From the NCBI GenBank assembly GCA_030141605.1, contig JAQGDQ010000003.1, positions 2,108,001 to 2,172,000 on the forward strand: a stretch of DNA of 64,000 nucleotides, written 5' to 3'. Below the pieces are notes generated by a model. The model was given only the letters and a program-made list of their open reading frames with translations, was not told where the DNA came from and ran no database searches. This DNA is from Tubiluchus corallicola (lineage: Eukaryota > Animalia > Priapulida). This document shows, in pieces, positions 57,101 to 64,000 of the stretch. Within the stretch, counting starts at the first letter, position 1. Every line of letters starts with the position of its first letter. Both the position numbers and the translations under genes were made by a program.

Positions 57101-60100
57101 ATTTATAAAGGTTGTGCAAGGACGATATGATAAAGAAGGGGATGACAGACAAACGGACGAATTTTTGAAGCCCATCATAGTATCTGCTGGTGGAAGGGTC
57201 AGAGGTAATGAAGTTATTTGTGCTAGGTGGAATGAGGTGGAATAATAGATTTAATGCTATATGAGCTTGTATCAATAATAAATTCAATAATTTGTAATTG
57301 GTGAATCCTATTTTTATCAAAAACTGCATTTAATTTGGAATGAGCACACCAGTCATCTACACACTTAGATGGTGTGGTGCACTGTAAGACGTCATAAATT
57401 TAGTTGCTTTCAGTTTTTCTAACGTCATTTCACATCAGATGTAGAACTAGACCTAGCAGAAGGTGATAACTATCTGTTGAAACTTTATAATAAAAATAAA
57501 ATACCATCGCAAATGAATTTTTGGATTTTCTAAATGATTTGAAGTAAATATAGACATTAGGCATGATACCATCTAAAAACTTTCTCAACTAATTTATAAT
57601 TTATTTTTCATTTAATATGTATTGGTATGTTCGTTTATTTTCTTTAGATGGTGACACCTTGTTGTTCTTTGACTTTCGTGCTGACAGGATGAGGCAAATA
57701 AATGAATCATTTGGCATCAAACCACCATTTGAAACTAACGTTATACCTAAAAACACGGTATGTCTATAATTTGAAAACATAACACGTACAGATGGTTAAA
57801 AACGTGAAATATTTTTTTTGTAACTATCTTATGTTTACATTTTCTCAACATCACTCTTGGCTGTGATATTGGATTCGTGCAAACCAAAGCTCAAATTGGC
57901 AAGTAAGATTATGGCTTCCAGCAATATGCTACAAAAGATCTATCTTATTTTTTATGATACATTATTTTTAACTGCAGTTTTTAGTATATGATTTACTATT
58001 TTTTATCTGTGGTTAATAATATATTTCTCAATAGGCAAGTCAGCCCAAAAAAACTATTGTTGTAATTTTTCAGCAAATCTACTGTATGACTCAATACAAG
58101 GCTGAGTGGACTTTTCCTTTGCTGTTTCCACCGGTGTCAATGAAAAATGTGTTAGCAGAAGCTGTGGCATCTCACGGGTTAAGACAATATCATTGCGCAG
58201 GTAAATAATAATTAATTATTTCATGACAATGTGTATTCAGTATGATAATTCCAGAAAAAATAAAATTTTGTGGAAGTGCCATTGTTTTTGCAATACTCAT
58301 GTATTAAAATTGTTATTGAAATGAAAACGATCTTGAAATGGCAAACACCTGTAGAATTATTTTGTGCCAGTATTTTCATGCATGTTTTGGAAGGAGTTTA
58401 GAATTCCCCCTCGCAGTTTAAATACTCTAACCCAGCCCAAACTCAAACCCTGTCCTAACCTCAATCCTAATCCTAACCCTGACCCTAATCCACCTTGCAA
58501 ACTAATTTCTTGTGTGCGGGGAATTGTAAACTTTAGCCCATCCATATTTTATATGCCCATAATTCTATTTCCTCTAGCAACTACAATGGACAGGACAACT
58601 GTGACATTCTTGTTGGCTGTGCTGTGTATTTAGGTTCATTATCCAAAATTTTATTAATTCTATTCCAAGAAATTACAAAAATGTGTTTAGACAGCAGTTG
58701 AAAAAAGTTGTTATATGCTTCATGTTTGTTTTTGTTTTTGTGTCGGCCTAATATTCAATTTGTTGTGTTTGTGTTAATTTTCTATTTTGGGAAATTCTGT
58801 TTGTGCTGATTTTAGTAACTTTTTTGCAGAAACTGAAAAATACGCCCATGTAACTTTCTTCTTCAACGGCGGCCGAGAGCCCATGTTCGAACATGAAGAA
58901 AGAAAGCTGATCCCTTCGCCAAAGGTGGCAACTTATGATCTACAGCCTGAAATGAGCTGTATGGGTGTTTCGGATGCGGTTAGTATCTATCACATTTTAT
59001 GGAATAAATATGGAAAATCCCGTGGAACTGACTTATCGACAATTCCAGCATCACACTTATGATCAGGTTGAAATTGTTTTGATATATGTGTAGATTTCAT
59101 TGCTGATTTTAAGAGTGTTCCCATAGAAGTAGTAGATTTTAAATTGTTTTCGGTCACTGAATTCGTAGTTACTAATTGTATCTCGTATCACTGTGTGTAT
59201 GTGAAATACTGATTTCTTCACTTTATTTTGTCTGCTATTCTGTTGACCTCACTATTTTTACACTATAAAAAACTTTTATCTTTATAGATGGTAGAAACCA
59301 TAAACAAGGCAGAGATTCCATTTGTTATGTGTAACTTTGCACCACCTGACATGGTTGGACACACTGGTGTCTACGAAGCCACTGTTAAAGCTGTCACAGC
59401 TACCGGTGAGTATAAAATTCGGGCAGAATCTTTAGATGCTATACCGTGGCAGCTCGTGTATAGGGTCCTGTGGAGCTGCTATTTTCATTCAGTATTCAAT
59501 ATAATTAGCCTTTTTCCTTTAGCTCTTTCTTTATACTTGTACTGAAGCAGAGCACGTGAGGGTAGTACTGTTTGCTTCACCGCCCAGTACAGTGGTGTGT
59601 TTGGCTGTTGTGCGCATGCGGCTATGCATACATGTCTGAGATAACGCGCTGCACTGCTAGCATCTGCTGCTAAGTAGAGAAAGTACTGCCACTCACACAG
59701 TTTGTCAGTTGTCACATACTTAAAAACAGTATACCGGCATATTGTTGAACTACGGCAATTTAGGTTGTCGCAAGGCAAAAATTTTTTGGTTTAGGATTTT
59801 ATCTTGTTTATATATAAATTTTGAATTTTCGCATGTTCATGTGTTTAAAATTATAATTACAGATTACACACGTTTGTTTCGTTTTACTATAATCTCTTTT
59901 GCTTTCTTGATGACATTTTATGTTTGCTTATGTTTCAGTAATGTGTATCTGTATGCACCTTACCGGAGTTTTATTTGAAAATCAAATAAAATTAAAATTA
60001 AATAAATGAATCATTCTCAGAATCAAAAATCACAAAAGTTAAATAAAATCAAAATGGCTTTTATTTTATCTGACTTTCACATTTTGCCAGAAAATTTGGG

Positions 60101-61103
60101 CATGGTGCTCATCCATCTCTTTTAATTTTACTGCCTCCATTTCAATTCCTGACGGCACGCATTTCGTTTAGCTTTGGGTTAATATTAAAAGAGATCTCTA
60201 GCACCCATACTAACGTAGGTTCCACTTTACCGTGAAACGACTTGTATGCGCAATTAAACAAATTAAACTTTATATTAGATAGTATTTATGGATATCGTTT
60301 TTCCTTGCATTTGTGCATATTGTTTTTCCTTGCCCTTATCTTATCTAGTTGAAGTCATCTGTTGAGAACGAAACCATTTTGTGCATAAATAAAAATAAGT
60401 TGTCTAAAATGAACAGATTTATTTGAAAAGAACTAAGCATAAAGTATTTGACAAGACCTCTGCCAATATCACTCTTGCTTGCCATTTGATTCTGTTCAGA
60501 TATTGCTATTGGCAAGGTAAAGGCAGCTTGTGAGAAGAATGGATATACACTCTTTATAACAGCTGACCATGGTAATGCAGAGAAGATGTACAGTGAGCAC
60601 GGCGGACCACATACTGCTCATACTACTAATAGAGGTATATTATAATCAATTGTAGTTTTTGTTTGCTGAACTGAGACTATTCTTCTGCAAAACAGTACTA
60701 CACTAGAAGTCTTCAATTGGTGGTCACTTATCTTCAAGTAATCTGTTGCATATTAATGCAATAATAAGTATTACTACACGATTCATACACAAGGCTTATA
60801 AGCATGTTCAATGTTTTCCATATTGTATTACTAATTCTATTCTCAATTAGCATGCAAGGTTTCTGCTTTCAGTTTGTAACATTGTGCATTTTCAATTGTT
60901 GTGAAAATTGTTAGTCTATTTATTATTACAGAAAATTAAATTTGACTTTTTCTTCAGTTCCACTGTACACAAATGGCAAACGTAACTTCAAAAAGTTTAC
61001 TCACAATGCTGCACTTTGCGACGTTGCACCAACTATTCTAGATGCCATGGGATTACCGATACCTAAAGAAATGGGAGGACAGAGTCTTCTCCAACCGTTA
61101 TAA
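51121..61103 (+). CDS. gpmI: 2,3-bisphosphoglycerate-independent phosphoglycerate mutase (iPGM), about 514 aa
   Basis: 12 exons: 51121-51187 ([10 protein letters not shown]); 54348-54517 ([10 protein letters not shown], catalytic Ser); 55317-55433; 55802-55934 ([13 protein letters not shown]); 56071-56249 ([14 protein letters not shown]); 57111-57204; 57648-57757 (FRADR); 58074-58200; 58830-58978 ([16 protein letters not shown]); 59288-59405 ([12 protein letters not shown]); 60500-60634 ([13 protein letters not shown]); 60958-61103 (DVAPTIL). Total 1545 nt in frame. Confidence 0.97.
51340..52075 (+). mobile_element. 5'-truncated, frameshifted CR1/L2-clade LINE (ORF2 C-terminus)
   Basis: [34 protein letters not shown] and [14 protein letters not shown] motifs spread across shifted frames. 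Confidence 0.88.
52230..53240 (+). mobile_element. Decayed CRE-clade (restriction-like endonuclease) non-LTR retrotransposon 3' end
   Basis: [18 protein letters not shown] (post-RT region); zinc-knuckle remnant CKCG..VD..G...LSC; [21 protein letters not shown]...LLWD (RLE); terminal [12 protein letters not shown]. Contains stops and frameshifts. Confidence 0.85.
58400..58528. mobile_element. MITE-like element with internal degenerate (CCCTAA)n repeats
   Basis: Inverted termini AATTCCCCCTCGCA ... TGCGGGGAATT flank CCTAACCTCAATCCTAATCCTAACCCTGACCCTAAT. Confidence 0.6.
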
Positions 61104-63270
61104 CTTATTTGCCCTGTAGATATCACCGCAACTGTACTAGATTAGTATAATTATCATTTTTAGCTTAATTAGCAATAATTAAATATTCATTAATTTAGCA
61201 TCTCATTTGTGATGAACAATATATAAATTGTAGGGTTTCTAAATGCTTAAAAGTATGCATCTAAACTGGTGCTGCAAATAGATACCTGTTCGCTAAATCC
61301 AAACTTGTCCTTTTTATGTCAATACATTTTTATTACCAAGAGTAAAAGTTTCATCAAAGGAAGATATTAAATGCAAGATAATATCTTCCTTTGACAACTA
61401 CATTTGTTGACTGTAGTTAGTAATATAAAACAAAATTAATAGCAAAGTGGTTACAAACACAACTAAAGCACAATACAACTGTTTTGATAGCCTTGACAAA
61501 AGTCAATATCAATTTATTTCCTGAACTTAACATACTAGAGACTTCCAATTTTTCTAACATAAACTTTCTCACCGTGAACAGATGTCACAGAGTTGTCAAC
61601 TATGATTACTTAGCTGGTTGATTGTGCTTTTCGCTTAAACATTGTATGTTCTATTTGAGGCTAACTCTTGTTAAAATGAGTTCCAGTGTTTTGTATACCA
61701 GTGCTGGTAAACTGCATCTAGATTACAAGACATTTCTGAAAAAAATTGGTGTCACTTAGATGCATTTGTAGCATTCTCTTCTAAGTTTGTTGTTGTCACT
61801 ATAGCAGATGAGTAAGCAGTTGTTTAGTATGTTACCTTTAATAATGTAACGTAGACTAGTAATATGCTTATACTTACCTTACAACTGGAGAATCACGGAA
61901 GGTTTTAGTAATAAGACCATTTTAAGGTGAGCAATCTGGGGAGTGCAGTCAGATCTCCACAGAGGAGCCCCAAATACTGCAGCACATTATTATATGGTTT
62001 CTTCGGCAGTTTGAAAAAAAAACTAAAATGAAGCAAATTTTTGCTCAATTTGCCAGCATTAATAATTTGCTTAATCGCTTGCTCACAAGTCTTGACCAAT
62101 GCCATCAGCCTTGGCAATGAGTTGGAAAAATATTGATGTAGTTTTTTTGACCTCACTGTAAAACGTACCAACAATCACAATGGAATCAATGTGACAGTCG
62201 TTTGTGAAGGCTGTGCTACTTGAGCGCTTAGAAACATAATCCAGGCTGATTGGCAAGGTGTCAAACTACTAGTTAGACCTGTTGTACAATAAGCATAGAT
62301 TTCATTCACATTTTTTGCATTTTAATTTCCTGCTTTATTGTGCAAATTATAACTTTCTCATCCTTTGTGATGCCTCGTAGGGACTGTTTATAGTGGTTTT
62401 ACTTATGGCATCAATGATCGCAGCTTAATGAAAGTGAAACTAAGGAAAAACATTGTAAAATGAATAGCTCAACCATAAAAAATGTTATTTATTTACAAGA
62501 AAAATTGTATTGTTATCACCAATGTTTACATCGTATTTTTTTGTTTCTACTTTTAAGCTGATATTTATGCTGTTATTTTACTGTGTGGCAAAAAAATAAA
62601 GTTTCCTGTTAATTGTTGTGAAGCTTGGTTTCTGTTAATTTCAAATTGGTCTTCTATTTATAACATATGGTTGAATTTAATATCATGTACACAAAAATAA
62701 TAATTATGCAAACCAACATTACATAAAAATATTACTAACCTTTGGCTTTTAACGAATAGATGTTTAAGTATTGACATAACTGAACTACACAATAAGTGTA
62801 ATAATTGACAGATGTAGTGTAACAACAGTCAATGACTGGTATCTTCTAAACTGTTTTGCTCAAATCTTTCAGCACTTACGATATGGGGTTCTTTGTTTTA
62901 ACAAGAAAAGATTAATCTGTTAACTGTATGCCTAACCTGAGCCTAAAGTGGCTGGTTCTAATCGGATATACCCACATCACTGTGTCCTGGACGACCATAT
63001 AAGCATTGTCTATATCAGCCGCCTCATACCTTTTGCCTATAGAATCATGCAAGCTCATATATATGCACATACAACAGTTAATAAAGACAGCTGATAACCT
63101 TAGCATACTGCGTTGCAGTGGTGCTGTCTGATGAACATTTGCAGCATGCACTGTTGATAACCTCATAGTCGACATTTTTTGTAGTGTGATTATTGATAGC
63201 AGGGCCTACTTAATGAAGCTAATGTGGATCATTATGGCACAACTGGAATCTGGCTTATTACTAAGATTAA

Positions 63271-63462
63271 TCCTCTGAGCATGAGCAAACCATTTTTGGT
63301 AAAACGGAGTAACAGTCATTACTGTAAGTTTGTTAAAATGGTTACGTAACAGCCCTACCACACTGCTCCTCTGAGCATGAGCAAACCATTTTTGGTAAAA
63401 CGGAGTAACAGTCATTACTGTAAGTTTGTTAAAATGGTTACGTAACAGCCCTACCACACTGC
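63271..63462. repeat. Perfect 96-bp tandem duplication
   Basis: 63271-63366 and 63367-63462 read identically; partial diverged pieces follow at about 63600-63618 and 63658-63682. Confidence 0.95.
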
Positions 63463-64000
63463 AAAGCAATATCGCACTATAACTATTATTGATAAAGAAA
63501 TTGAAAATTGCAAATTGACACTAACTCTCATAAGCTTCTGCCTCGTTCTGGGTAACTGACAGGAAAAAAAACATATCCATTATCTACCCTATTTTAGTTT
63601 AACAGCCCTACCACACCGTTTCTGTCATGAATTTCCCATCTTACAAATATTCAGTAATTTTTTGGTGAAAACCAGTAACAGCGTTTGGATCTCTTTTAGC
63701 TAGACAATCACAAGTGAAATATTTTATAGATAAAGTCAATTACGATGCTTATAACTTCAACACTAAATTTATAATTTCTCACTACAAATTAGGTCTTGTG
63801 TAAAAGTGCCATGATTAAGTCAAGGGTAAAAAATGTTGATGTGCGATCATTAGCGCACAGATGTAAGCTAACGTGAAGAAAACTTTTTTGACTGCCTGCC
63901 TGTGAAAATTTTAAAAAACTGAATTACTGAGTTTTAACATAAAATGTTAGTGCAGCAGTGCCTTATCCACATTCAGATGTGAGTAAACCCACATCATCCC

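Noticed and set aside
58357-58633. GL-repeat / NP-repeat ORFs
   Set aside because: Translations of the degenerate CCCTAA repeat, not genes.
63206-63469. 87-aa ORF with an internal 32-aa repeat
   Set aside because: A by-product of the 96-bp tandem duplication keeping the frame.
63271-63690. Repeat array as CRISPR
   Set aside because: The units are contiguous with no spacers, there are no cas genes, and the context is eukaryotic.

Overview
AT-rich, intron-rich genomic DNA from an invertebrate animal (spliceosomal GT-AG introns; a cofactor-independent PGM argues against a vertebrate; the taxon cannot be fixed from sequence alone). Six spliced genes can be reconstructed by hand. (1) Centractin/Arp1 ACTR1 on the - strand, running off the left edge. 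(2) A divergent GPR107/108/TMEM87-type (GOST, GOLD+7TM) gene on +. (3) A complete GH18+CBM14 chitinase gene nested antisense in the last intron of the GOST gene. (4) A myosin regulatory light chain on +. (5) FHIP2/FAM160B on -. (6) iPGM on +. Two compact head-to-head promoters (ACTR1/GOST and FHIP2/iPGM) each have a CTCF-like motif in or beside them. Introns and intergenic DNA carry CR1/L2 and CRE retroelement relics, tRNA-derived SINE heads, MITEs and Helentron-like elements. No prokaryotic system, CRISPR array, rRNA or intact tRNA was seen. The most notable items are the nested chitinase, a recursive-splice-like AG|GTAAGT exon start in FHIP2, the CTCF-like motifs and ACTR1-FHIP2 linkage. None is a proven novel system.
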